Notes under the pieces: generated by a model
Databases searched by the model: none
What the model was told of the DNA's origin: nothing
Seen by the model: only the letters and a program-made list of their open reading frames with translations
In this document: piece by piece, positions 8,898-17,723 of the stretch
Numbering within the stretch: the stretch's first letter is position 1
Layout: every line of letters begins with the position of its first letter
Program-made: the position numbers and the translations under genes
Virus record (IMG/VR): IMGVR_UViG_3300031783_000001
Origin: an uncultured virus (IMG/VR IMGVR_UViG_3300031783_000001)
Lineage: Duplodnaviria; Heunggongvirae; Uroviricota; Caudoviricetes
Direction: 5' to 3' (one strand)
DNA: 64,000 nucleotides

Positions 8898-11144
8898 TCA
8901 GTTATAAACTGCTATCTGAGTGTTATCTACAAGACCGATTGTAGAAAACATGACTATCACTTTGTAAACATAGTTAAGGCTTTTATCCACCCTATGAGTA
9001 TCTACTTTAACATTAAAACTATGAACCGCAACATTACCATAACGATTCATACTTGATTGTACTGTTATCACTTTTGCAGACCCAACAGGGATGTCACTTG
9101 CACTTTCGCATTTTAATTGGTATTTGCGATTGTACTTAATATCCTTAAATTCCATAATAGATTCAACGTGATATTTACTGCCCTCGCCAACATGATAGAC
9201 AAGCCCCTTAATGAATACTTTGTGTTTTACAATCAAGTTCTGGTTGTATAAATATAGTATTTCGTTTTTCTTTTCTGAAGTATCGTACAAGTGCTTTAAC
9301 AAATCAGTGAAATGCATATTCTTATCCTCTTTGTTCTTTATTTTATTTATAATTTCGTTTAGCAAAATGCTTTTCATATTGTGCTTTAGCAAATAGGAAT
9401 AGGGGTGTGATAAAAGTATTATTTTGCCATTTGAACGGCCTTCTCGTATATCATGTCTAACGATTGCAAAACGTGTGTATGGAATTTTATCTCTTATTTT
9501 TCTATTTTTCATTGGCACGATTTTTATTAGCACGCATTTGAATAACATGAATGTATATAGAGTACCTGCTTCTTCAAGAGTATATGATTTATAAAGCCCA
9601 ACTTCACACTTCTTTCTCCCTTTTTTTCTTCTTTTTTTTCTTTTACCTCGTATTTTATCAGCAATTTGATCAACTGATTCCTTTACTGATATTGTCTTTG
9701 TGTATTCACTAACATCTATGATCAATGGCCTGTTTTGCATTTTGCAGACTTTTATTATCTCCTCTATCTTACTTAAATCCACTATACGATTATTTCCGAT
9801 CCTTATGCATGCTGGGTTTTCTTCTATTAATTTTGGTTGTATGACGGCAAGAACGAGTTGGTTATTAACGGTTATAAAGCATATTCCTCTGCGTTTTAGC
9901 ATGTTGATGTTAGCATTGCTAAACTTATGTGCTAACTTATAACTATCCCCGTCCCAATAGTAAATCTCTCCATTTTTGAGCACATAGTCATCAAAAAAGG
10001 CATCTATAGAGTATAGCCGAGATTCACCTATATTATATCTATCACTTATTGGATACTTTTCGTGTAATAAAGTGTCATTGGCTGACATATCGTAATTATC
10101 AGTGGCTACATGTATTTGAATTCTTTTACAAGTTAACATAACGTTTAATTCGTTATTCTCAATGTAAGCTGAAAATTGTATAACAGTAGAACACGACATT
10201 TCTTTTTCATGCTCATTTTGTTGTTGTATGGTTCTATAAGATATTGCACTTTCCAGTTGCAGTAAGAATGTAGCTTCACACTGACTGTATATTGGTATTT
10301 TGTTTTCATACTTGATGAGATTGCAGTCGTTGTCTGATATTTCTTCCTGTGCCAATAAAGGTAGATAAGACTGTAGGAAACGACTAACAACCATACGTGC
10401 ATTTGCAAATATGTCATCAAATTCAAAAACGATCCCATATTTTTCTTTCAAACTATAAACAAAGGTTTTAACGTGTTTTTCTATGTAGTTTTTTAAGTTA
10501 TATGAAATTTCTTTTACATTTTCTTTCAACAAGTCTACTGTATATATGCTAATTTTTTCAAGTTTATTGTTAGTATCTATTCGCATTATTATGATGAATG
10601 AGTTATACAAAGGCTTAGTGTAGGTAAGCATAAAAGATACACCTTGGTTGCTACTGCGCATAAAGTCATGAGGCCTTCCTTCCTCGTGCCTAAATATTTC
10701 ATTCCCCTTTGTCAGATTTTTTATGGTAATTAGATGATACTGAATGTTTCTGTACAGTTTGTCCGTTTTATGACCAAAATGATAAGACGCAACATACAAA
10801 TTACCGTTAGGTGCTCTAATAAATACGCTGGGTCCTCCTACATATTTTTGAGGATCTATACTTAAAAGGTTATATGCTTTGCTTTTATAGTCAAAGAGCG
10901 GAATAATAGACATATTGCCATATTTCTCCACATTATAATTAGTAAACCTTACAACATTACCTATTGTATGAAATATTGTTCTATGATTATCATATTCGTA
11001 AGTAAATAGGTCTGATGTCACATGTTCTTTCACTGTAACAGAACTGCTGCTATTAAAACATCTTGCATTACCTAATGCTGGTAATCTGATAAATGTAGCA
11101 ACCTTACAATTGATTAGCATATTGTTATTGGGGCTAATGAACAT
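8898..11144 (-). CDS. Large hypothetical protein, paralogue 1 of a ~700-aa family
   Basis: 748 aa. Shares N-terminal (CKVATFIRLP, IIPLFDYK) and C-terminal (DIKYNRK) blocks with the ORFs at 39590, 45572 and 47673; preceded by AGTATATTTACAAATG. Confidence 0.8.
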   Translation of the reverse strand: MFISPNNNMLINCKVATFIRLPALGNARCFNSSSSVTVKEHVTSDLFTYEYDNHRTIFHTIGNVVRFTNYNVEKYGNMSIIPLFDYKSKAYNLLSIDPQKYVGGPSVFIRAPNGNLYVASYHFGHKTDKLYRNIQYHLITIKNLTKGNEIFRHEEGRPHDFMRSSNQGVSFMLTYTKPLYNSFIIIMRIDTNNKLEKISIYTVDLLKENVKEISYNLKNYIEKHVKTFVYSLKEKYGIVFEFDDIFANARMVVSRFLQSYLPLLAQEEISDNDCNLIKYENKIPIYSQCEATFLLQLESAISYRTIQQQNEHEKEMSCSTVIQFSAYIENNELNVMLTCKRIQIHVATDNYDMSANDTLLHEKYPISDRYNIGESRLYSIDAFFDDYVLKNGEIYYWDGDSYKLAHKFSNANINMLKRRGICFITVNNQLVLAVIQPKLIEENPACIRIGNNRIVDLSKIEEIIKVCKMQNRPLIIDVSEYTKTISVKESVDQIADKIRGKRKKRRKKGRKKCEVGLYKSYTLEEAGTLYTFMLFKCVLIKIVPMKNRKIRDKIPYTRFAIVRHDIREGRSNGKIILLSHPYSYLLKHNMKSILLNEIINKIKNKEDKNMHFTDLLKHLYDTSEKKNEILYLYNQNLIVKHKVFIKGLVYHVGEGSKYHVESIMEFKDIKYNRKYQLKCESASDIPVGSAKVITVQSSMNRYGNVAVHSFNVKVDTHRVDKSLNYVYKVIVMFSTIGLVDNTQIAVYN

Positions 11145-11355
11145 TTGTAAATATACTGCAAGGCAGAAATATATTTAATTCCACACTTGAACGAATATTG
11201 TTCCTTTCCCATGCATTCTACGTACTAGTATTTCGTACGATTTCTTCGGTTAATCAATTTTGTTAGTCTTTCGCATTATTCCATACAACTGAGAATCATA
11301 TCCTTAAGATTAGGATGGTATGAAGTAGAGTAGATTCTGACGTACGACTGTAGTC

Positions 11356-12267
11356 CTACGAGCTACCTAAAAACCAACCTGCTTCGGAATTCACACTCTT
11401 TGCTTCATATCCCGGTTTTATCAGAAGTAACTCCACTATATGTCCTCTATATTCCTTTTTCGGGCCTATACGATAAAAGTGTTTGAATTCTACTTTTATA
11501 AAATCTCGCAAGTAGATGTCAATGTGTTTATTTTTCCGATATTTATCTTCCTGCCATGTCGATAATGCCAAACCTGAAGGCAACTGACGGACTAGGTTGT
11601 ATAATTCAATGGCATCCTTTTCTGTCCATTTTTGATAGTAATCCGTACTTCTACCTGTATAAGGTGGGTCTAGATAAACAAAATCATCTGCTTCTACATC
11701 TTTAATGCATTCTTTCCAATCCCCAACTCGGAATTCCCATTCCTTGTTTCGCATAATTTGCTGTATCTGGGCAATACGATTGACTATTTTAGAAACGTAC
11801 GCTTCAGTGAAGCGGGTTGGTTCGCGACAAAATGGAACATTGAATTCGCCTTTGCTGTTGAAGCGAACTAAGCCGTTATAACATGTCCTGTTTAAAAAAA
11901 GAAAATCTAATGGATCGCCATATTTATTGAAGCGTTCTCTGACTAAGTAGTAGTAATCCTCTCCATAAGATGAAAGCTTCTTGCCTTCCGACAAAAAGTA
12001 TGATCTTACTTCTTCAGGCGACCAGTCTCCATCATAAAGCATTTGGTAAAGCCTAATGATATGCGGATTGATATCGTTTGCTAACGCACGCTCTGGTTGA
12101 ACATTGAACAATACGACTCCTGAACCCAAAAATGGCTCAATCCATCTTCCTTCGCCGCTCCAAGAAATGTTACTCAAAATGAACTTTACAAGTTTCGTCT
12201 TTATGCCTTGTGATTTTATCGGCGGGATTACAACATTCTGAATGTTTTTGGGCAAGAAATGAGACAT
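11356..12267 (-). CDS. Dam/D12-class adenine methyltransferase, M.EcoRV-like (orphan)
   Basis: PPIKSQGIKTKLV, EPFLGSG, FLFLNRTCYNGLVRFN, FNVPFC, YLDPPY, HFY.IG. This resembles M.EcoRV from memory, so GATATC specificity is an inference. Confidence 0.88.
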   Translation of the reverse strand: MSHFLPKNIQNVVIPPIKSQGIKTKLVKFILSNISWSGEGRWIEPFLGSGVVLFNVQPERALANDINPHIIRLYQMLYDGDWSPEEVRSYFLSEGKKLSSYGEDYYYLVRERFNKYGDPLDFLFLNRTCYNGLVRFNSKGEFNVPFCREPTRFTEAYVSKIVNRIAQIQQIMRNKEWEFRVGDWKECIKDVEADDFVYLDPPYTGRSTDYYQKWTEKDAIELYNLVRQLPSGLALSTWQEDKYRKNKHIDIYLRDFIKVEFKHFYRIGPKKEYRGHIVELLLIKPGYEAKSVNSEAGWFLGSS

Positions 12268-12323
12268 GGGATATACTATTTTTCCGATCTTTAGTCGAAT
12301 GTACTAAAATATGTGAAATCCCA

Positions 12324-12367
12324 GACTGTCGTAGTTGCTCTTCCTGCTTCATCACAGGCTGGATAGC
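12324..12367 (-). mobile_element. Degenerate IS605 right-end remnant
   Basis: gactgtcgtagttgctcttcctgcttcatcacaggctgg resembles gact...gtagttgagcttcctgcttcgtcgcaggatgg. Confidence 0.55.
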
Positions 12368-12687
12368 CAAGTCATTTTGCCCGTTTTTAGCCGTTTTGGG
12401 GCGTCTTAGGGTGGTCTCTGGTATCGGGTGCCACGAGCAAGATCGCCTCTCTGAGCGGCATTTCTGAGGCTTTCAGAGGCATGTCTAACGAGCGCCTGAG
12501 AATAGGGTCAATACCTCAACACATGCCCCTCACTGAGCTACCTCTGACGATACCCTTAGGTGGTCAAGTCGTTTTGCCCGTTTTTGGTCATTTTGAGGCG
12601 TCTTAGGGTGGTCTCTGGTATCGGGTATCTACCACGAACAAGATCGCCTCTCTGAAGGGCGTTTCTGAGGCTTCCAGAGGCGTTTCT
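12368..12687. repeat. Two imperfect ~120-bp GC-rich direct repeats (period 197 bp), non-coding
   Basis: caagtc.ttttgcccgttttt...ggcgtcttagggtggtctctggtatcgggt...ccacga.caagatcgcctctctga...tttctgaggctt.cagaggc starting at 12368 and 12565. Confidence 0.9.
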
Positions 12688-12741
12688 GGGACAGGGTACC
12701 ACACAAAAACGAACGATTTACCTTGCGCAATGTGGCCAAAG

Positions 12742-12770
12742 AAACAAAAAGGCGAGGCATACGCCCCGCC
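12742..12770 (-). terminator. Intrinsic terminator
   Basis: Minus strand GGCGGGGCGTATGCCTCGCC followed by TTTTTGTTT, downstream of the 12804 gene. Confidence 0.75.
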
Positions 12771-12803
12771 CGCAAGCGCTATGATGAGAGAGTCAAACGA
12801 TTG

Positions 12804-13313
12804 TTACTCTCCAGCTTTCCTGTAGTACTCGTCGTAGTAATCTGTCATAATAAACTCCATTATATCACTTAGCTCATGGCCACTAAAACTCAGATAGTAA
12901 TCCAAGTTTTCACCAATCGTTTCTTCAATTTCCTGCTCAATATGTTCTCGCTCTCTTTCTAGAAGTTCGATTTGAGTTTCGAGCTTTTCCTTTTCTTCTT
13001 GGTGCGATTCAACAACTTTTTCAAGTTTTTCCATTTCCAAATAGGTTTCCTTGAACTTTTTCAGTTTCTCCAACAGTTCTGAACTCTTAGGATACAGGAT
13101 GTAAGCAGCCATCCAGTACCTTGCATTGTACTCTGAATTAACGGGCACGAGTGGCTTCACTGTCTCACGAAGTTTGTGGATTCGCTGGTAGGCTTCTTCA
13201 ATCTCATGTATCCTTTCAACAACTTCGTCTAACAAATCACTTACTTCATCCGATTGGATGATGTGGAGGAGTTCTTGTTGAACTCCCTTCGTGTTTTTGT
13301 CATGCGTTGCCAT
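12804..13313 (-). CDS. Small helical/coiled-coil protein, family A copy 1
   Basis: MATHDKNTKGVQQELL...YWMAAYILYP; paralogue of the ORFs at 14176 and 41783; start chosen 27 nt after CCTTGCG. Confidence 0.8.
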   Translation of the reverse strand: MATHDKNTKGVQQELLHIIQSDEVSDLLDEVVERIHEIEEAYQRIHKLRETVKPLVPVNSEYNARYWMAAYILYPKSSELLEKLKKFKETYLEMEKLEKVVESHQEEKEKLETQIELLEREREHIEQEIEETIGENLDYYLSFSGHELSDIMEFIMTDYYDEYYRKAGE

Positions 13314-13381
13314 AGCGCTCATGTCGTCGAAAACGCAAGGTAAAACAGGACGTGGGGGACTACCTTGCGCGATTTCGGCAC

Positions 13382-13419
13382 AAAAGAAACTGCCCTGCCC
13401 GTTGTGGGCAGGGCTTGCC
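13382..13419 (-). terminator. Intrinsic terminator
   Basis: GCCCTGCCC-ACAAC-GGGCAGGGC hairpin then AGTTTCTTTT; equivalent structure at 42993-43030. Confidence 0.7.
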
Positions 13420-13441
13420 TACTGCTTGGGCGGGTGAGCGG

Positions 13442-14038
13442 TTACTCGTGGGCTACTACGCTTTGTAGGCGGTTAGCAATGGCGAGGTACCGCTTGACCA
13501 AAGAGCGGATTTGCTTGACCGTCAGGCTAGTGTTCTTTGGGAGGGTGTCCAGCACCTCTTGAAGTCCCTCAAAAGTAGGCAGCGCGTCCAGAAAGCTTTC
13601 CACAAGATGCTGCTTTTGCTCCCTTGGGATGCGTACGCGCCTCCTTCCTGTGCTGCTGGATGTCCGAGCGTAGCGAGCGGGTACTTCCAGCCCGAAAGCG
13701 CTAAGGGATTCCCGAAGGGCCTCGTTACGGAGCTTCTGCACAATGGGAGCTACATTCTTCTCCTCATTCATGCTTTTGACGGCCAGGAGCTCGTCCAGCT
13801 TAGGGCTCAAAAGGTACGCTGCGATGCATCGGTACCAGCCGCCATGCTGCGAAACCGCTACACCTGCACTTGCAATCTCCTCACGAATCTGTGCTTCCAC
13901 TTCGTGAGGGAGGAAGCTGTGCTCCCCGTTCAGCTCCTTTTCCAGATTCGTGATTAGCTTCTTCAGGCTCCTTTCTGTGAGAGACTTCTCAATCCGAACT
14001 TGGAGTTCGGTTCCACTGACTTTCACATGCGTCGTCAT
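13442..14038 (-). CDS. Hypothetical protein, family B copy 1
   Basis: MTTHVKVSGTELQVRIEKSL...GGWYRCIAAYLL; highly similar to 42370-42966. Confidence 0.85.
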   Translation of the reverse strand: MTTHVKVSGTELQVRIEKSLTERSLKKLITNLEKELNGEHSFLPHEVEAQIREEIASAGVAVSQHGGWYRCIAAYLLSPKLDELLAVKSMNEEKNVAPIVQKLRNEALRESLSAFGLEVPARYARTSSSTGRRRVRIPREQKQHLVESFLDALPTFEGLQEVLDTLPKNTSLTVKQIRSLVKRYLAIANRLQSVVAHE

Positions 14039-14058
14039 ACCAAACATTACGACGAAAG

Positions 14059-14065
14059 CGCAAGG
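14059..14065 (-). promoter_or_regulatory. Class-2 promoter motif CCTTGCG..TTT(C/T)G(A/T)CG (representative copy)
   Basis: The motif begins exactly 27 nt before the ATG at 13340, 14065, 14712, 41756, 42343 and (variant) 43242. Confidence 0.75.
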
Positions 14066-14104
14066 AAAGTTAGTTACCGTTTTCGGATTTCAGTGGATGA
14101 GGGC

Positions 14105-14132
14105 AAACAAAAAGCGGGGCAACTGCCCCGCC
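14105..14132 (-). terminator. Intrinsic terminator
   Basis: GGCGGGGCAGTTGCCCCGC followed by TTTTTGTTT on the minus strand. Confidence 0.8.
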
Positions 14133-14175
14133 TGCGTATGCGTGAAAGTCCCTGCGCCCTACCAAGAACAACTAT

Positions 14176-14685
14176 CTAAGAGCGTTCAGTGCTCAATTGC
14201 TTTGCAGCCCATTCACGAATACTTTCGTACAACAAATCGTACAAATCCGAATCACCTAAACTCACGTAAGGGTCAGCATCTTCACCGATTAGTTTGTGAA
14301 CACTTGCACCCATATTCTCTTGTGCTGAGTCTACGTTCCCTAACTTGTCTTCCAAATACGATTCTTTCCTGTTCATCTCTTGTAATTGTCCTTCAAGCTT
14401 AGCCAACTTATGTTGGATTTCCCTAAGCTGCCTAAACTTTTCTATCACTGTGGAAGCATGGGGTCTCACAAGATAGGCAGCTAGCCAGTACTCTTCGTCA
14501 TGCTCAGAGTCCTCAGGGATGTAAGGCTGTACTGCTTCTCGTAGCTCGCGAATACGATAGTAGGCTTCTTCAATCACCGCCATTCTGTAAACCATGCTTT
14601 CAACCAGTTCGCGTGCTTCATCCGATTGGATGATTCGTAGGAGTTCTTGTTGAACTCCCGTCATGTTTTTATCATGCGTTGCCAT
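14176..14685 (-). CDS. Small helical/coiled-coil protein, family A copy 2
   Basis: MATHDKNMTGVQQELL...YWLAAYLVRP; first ~90 nt and upstream region nearly identical to copy 1. Confidence 0.8.
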   Translation of the reverse strand: MATHDKNMTGVQQELLRIIQSDEARELVESMVYRMAVIEEAYYRIRELREAVQPYIPEDSEHDEEYWLAAYLVRPHASTVIEKFRQLREIQHKLAKLEGQLQEMNRKESYLEDKLGNVDSAQENMGASVHKLIGEDADPYVSLGDSDLYDLLYESIREWAAKQLSTERS

Positions 14686-14735
14686 AGCGCTCATGTCGTC
14701 GAAAACGCAAGGTAAAACAAGACGTGGTGGTGAGG

Positions 14736-15133
14736 TTAGCAACAGTTGCTAACTTCTGTCTACAAGTGTATATTTATAGCATAAACTTCTAAATATGGTG
14801 AGGAAGAAAGAGGTGCGCAGCGGCTGAAAATTTTTGTCTAGTTTAGTATATTTACGTACAGCGGGGAGAGCGAGTCAGCTGCCCAACAAACCGTCAACCG
14901 CAAGATGGAACGGGTGCGGGGTCTTACCCATGTAAGGCAAAAAAGCTGGCAAGTTCTCTCCGTAGCCTTCGCCTTCTCCTGCCTTGAGAGTCTTAGAGAC
15001 TTCTCTCCCTTGAAGAGAGTAATCCTCGCAAGGGATTGGGTAGGAGCGGCGAAACGAAACGGGCTAGTCCCTCCCTACCTGGTCAGGGGACGAATGCACT
15101 AAATATGTACAGTTTTGTATAGTTTGGGCCAGG
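14736..15133 (+). mobile_element. Non-autonomous IS607-like mini-element (left end + promoter + omegaRNA/right end), copy 1
   Basis: Follows GAGG; starts TTAGCAACAGTTGCTAA; 3' ~270 nt match 30986-31262; ends ...CCAGG (CCAGG is duplicated, so the end could be 15138). Confidence 0.88.
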
Positions 15134-15294
15134 CCAGGAAAATCTTATTACACCATGTGATAATTTAGTGTTAATGTCCCCGTAGCTTATTTTAGGGGAT
15201 AGCATATGCTTAGCAACTTTACATTTTGGTAGCAAACTATTCTCTTGACTAAGTAACATAGGGAAATATACTAGTTTAGCTAAGGATTAAAGAT

Positions 15295-15560
15295 TTTAGG
15301 CTTGTTACTCGGATAATTTAGGTACGGTAGAGAGAATAAGTTAGCTATCTAACAAGTGTTTAATCGTGAACTGGAACCGACTAGGGTGGCTACAATTCCT
15401 ACAAAAATTTAGCAAATTCTGTCTGTGGGCTTTGCCTTCTTTTGTCTTGAGAAATTCCCCGACTTCTTTCCCTTGAAACGAATACTAATTTCAAGGGATT
15501 GGACAGGAGTAGAAATAAGGTTAGTTCCTCTCAGTTAGGTCAGGGGACGACTATGTAGAT
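15295..15560 (+). mobile_element. Older decayed copy of the IS607-like tnpB 3' end/omegaRNA
   Basis: cttgttactcggata..., ttgccttctttt.tcttgaga, cccttgaa, caagggattgg, ggtcaggggacga align with 30960-31225. Confidence 0.7.
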
Positions 15561-15582
15561 TTGCCCTATAGCAGCTCTCTCA

Positions 15583-16626
15583 TTATCCAGAAAGATATTC
15601 GGAAAGCTTGGGTCTTCTTTGCAGTACTTCGGAGTGAGTCGCTATAACTAATGTCCCATGTTTAGATGCATTTTTAATCATTTCTCCCAACACTTCTTGA
15701 GCTGATAGACTCAAACCTATCTCCGGTTCGTCGATAAGTATGACCGATGGTATTATCTCTAAAGGCTGTAAGAGAAGTGTTGATAGACATATAAACCGTA
15801 ACGTCCCATCTGAAAGTGATTCAGGTGGATGGATTCTATTGTCTTGACCTATCCAATTTAGACGGACTCTCGGTGAATTAACTCTTTGATCAGGAACGAG
15901 ATGAAAACCAGCGAATCCCTCAAAAACTTCCCTAACAGTATTTGCAATTTCCTGATATGCTTCTGGATAAGTTCTTTGCAAATAATACAGGTAAGCTGCA
16001 ACGTTGCCGCCGTCCCACCACAGCCTGTCTACCTGATTAATATCTACTGAGCCTTTTATTCGAGAAGTCCAACCTGTGTCACAAAAGTGATAGACTATAG
16101 ACGATAGGAAATCTTGATAGACATAGCATTTCTTGTTCTTATTTACCCTATACCATTTTCCAAGTTCGCTCTCAGTATGCGGATATTTAGATATTACCTC
16201 CCTTGTGATATTAGTTTGTCCTTTATCCTGATATAACAAAACTTCCTCCGCTATAAGAAGTCGATTATGGTCTAGAAAAAGCTTAACTGCGTATCCGTCT
16301 CTGTTCATCGTGCTTTCATCTACGAACCAAACCTCTATCTCAATCTCCCTAGTCTTTTGGAGCCCGCCATGTAATATTTCAGCGGCTCCTCCTTGTCTTT
16401 CTACATATAGCTGGAAGTCACCTACAGCTAAATGGTGAAGCATGCCAAAAATGCTGAGAAAAGCAGACTTGCCTGAGCCGTTAGGGCCAGTTATAAAGTT
16501 GTATCTGTCCAATTCTAGGCTAAAATCGTCGAATAGTTTATACCCTTTTACCCGAATACTTTTGAGAAATCTACTGCCTTTTTCTTTCATGTTAGTTAGG
16601 CTTTTATCTTTGCTCAGCTCTTTCAT
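15583..16626 (-). CDS. ABC/AAA_21-type ATPase (AbiEii/OLD-like superfamily)
   Basis: Walker A GPNGSGKS, signature LSDGT, Walker B ILIDEPE, H-loop IATHS; ends shortly after the H-loop. Confidence 0.88.
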   Translation of the reverse strand: MKELSKDKSLTNMKEKGSRFLKSIRVKGYKLFDDFSLELDRYNFITGPNGSGKSAFLSIFGMLHHLAVGDFQLYVERQGGAAEILHGGLQKTREIEIEVWFVDESTMNRDGYAVKLFLDHNRLLIAEEVLLYQDKGQTNITREVISKYPHTESELGKWYRVNKNKKCYVYQDFLSSIVYHFCDTGWTSRIKGSVDINQVDRLWWDGGNVAAYLYYLQRTYPEAYQEIANTVREVFEGFAGFHLVPDQRVNSPRVRLNWIGQDNRIHPPESLSDGTLRFICLSTLLLQPLEIIPSVILIDEPEIGLSLSAQEVLGEMIKNASKHGTLVIATHSEVLQRRPKLSEYLSG

Positions 16627-16640
16627 AAGTCTATGAAGTT

Positions 16641-17177
16641 TTATTTTTGTTCTATCATGTATGCTCTTAGTATCCTCCTTTGTGTGTACTCGTCAGTTTT
16701 GAAGGGATTAACGGCTGAAAGGCCGTATGTAACCTCTGTGAATATTTTATTCGGGTATCTTTCTCTAAGCATGCTTATAGTTATAGAACTTTCCGGAGAG
16801 TCATTAAAGATGATTAGAAATTCACCTTCTAGTTTTTCTATTTCTTCTATATTCAACATATCCAGTGTTACAGCCTTATATGGTGTAACGAGACCACCAA
16901 GAACGACAATGTTTAGGTGGTCATGTTTAGTGTGTAGTTCTGCTGCGTCAGATACTGTAGGTACTAAGACGTACTTACCTGCCTCTTCGCGTGCCTTAAA
17001 ACTTAGATTACGCAGGTCTTCTATAAATTCATCCAGAGCACCTGTGTAAGCCAATTCCAGTACCCTTTTGGCTAAACTTTTCCCGTACTTCTGAGAAAAC
17101 TCGTATGGCCTCATATCTCTTCCTATTTGGGTCGAAACTTCAATGGTTTTTGACGTAGTGATTAATTTATAGGTCAA
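16641..17177 (-). CDS. Hypothetical protein
   Basis: 178-aa ORF directly upstream of and co-oriented with the ATPase. Confidence 0.65.
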   Translation of the reverse strand: MTYKLITTSKTIEVSTQIGRDMRPYEFSQKYGKSLAKRVLELAYTGALDEFIEDLRNLSFKAREEAGKYVLVPTVSDAAELHTKHDHLNIVVLGGLVTPYKAVTLDMLNIEEIEKLEGEFLIIFNDSPESSITISMLRERYPNKIFTEVTYGLSAVNPFKTDEYTQRRILRAYMIEQK

Positions 17178-17182
17178 TAAAC

Positions 17183-17467
17183 TTATAGTATGTCATTTTT
17201 ATTGTCATTATTTAGAACAATTGCCGCACTTAATAAGATATTGCCTAATAGATTTAATGTTATTAATGTTATTGCTAACCAAGTAGGTTTAATACCAGAT
17301 ATAGCCCAGATTGTCCATATAACAGATAGGAGCCATAAGAAGTAAACGATGACACGACCCCAATTGAATATCATACTTATCATGGTATCGAAACAACGCC
17401 ATACCGCGTAAGGGAGTAAAACAGAAATGCTGATTAGCAAGCAGTAAGCTCTGTCAGCTCTGCACAT
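17183..17467 (-). CDS. Small membrane protein, paralogue of 19602-19787
   Basis: Hydrophobic helices; WTIWAISGIKPTWLAITLIT versus WTVYAIIKIRPVSLAMTMIT. Confidence 0.6.
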   Translation of the reverse strand: MCRADRAYCLLISISVLLPYAVWRCFDTMISMIFNWGRVIVYFLWLLSVIWTIWAISGIKPTWLAITLITLNLLGNILLSAAIVLNNDNKNDIL

Positions 17468-17723
17468 CTAAGCCAAATGGAGTTTGGCTGTTATTTGTAA
17501 GAAGATGTAAAAATCTTTCAGATTTATGCTCATTCGCGTTTACACGAATAAACTAATATGGGCTCTACGCACTCAAAATAATACTCTTGTATTGAAGAAT
17601 CTAGATTGTGATAAGTATCAGGTGTAATCGCTTCCTCAACTCTATTCTTTATATCAGTCATCTTATTACGAAAAACAGTAATCTTATTTTCTGCTTTTGT
17701 ATTGATAACAATATGATTACTGT

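Noticed and set aside
13511..14402. Plus-strand ORFs overlapping families A and B (and minus-strand equivalents at 42271-43088)
   Set aside because: Shadow frames of GC-rich genes; promoter and terminator polarity and paralogy support the opposite strand
14905..15102. 63-65-aa MERVRG... ORFs (also 20444-20635 and 26642-26833)
   Set aside because: They are the C-terminal reading frame of the IS607-like tnpB retained within the omegaRNA region, so probably not independent genes
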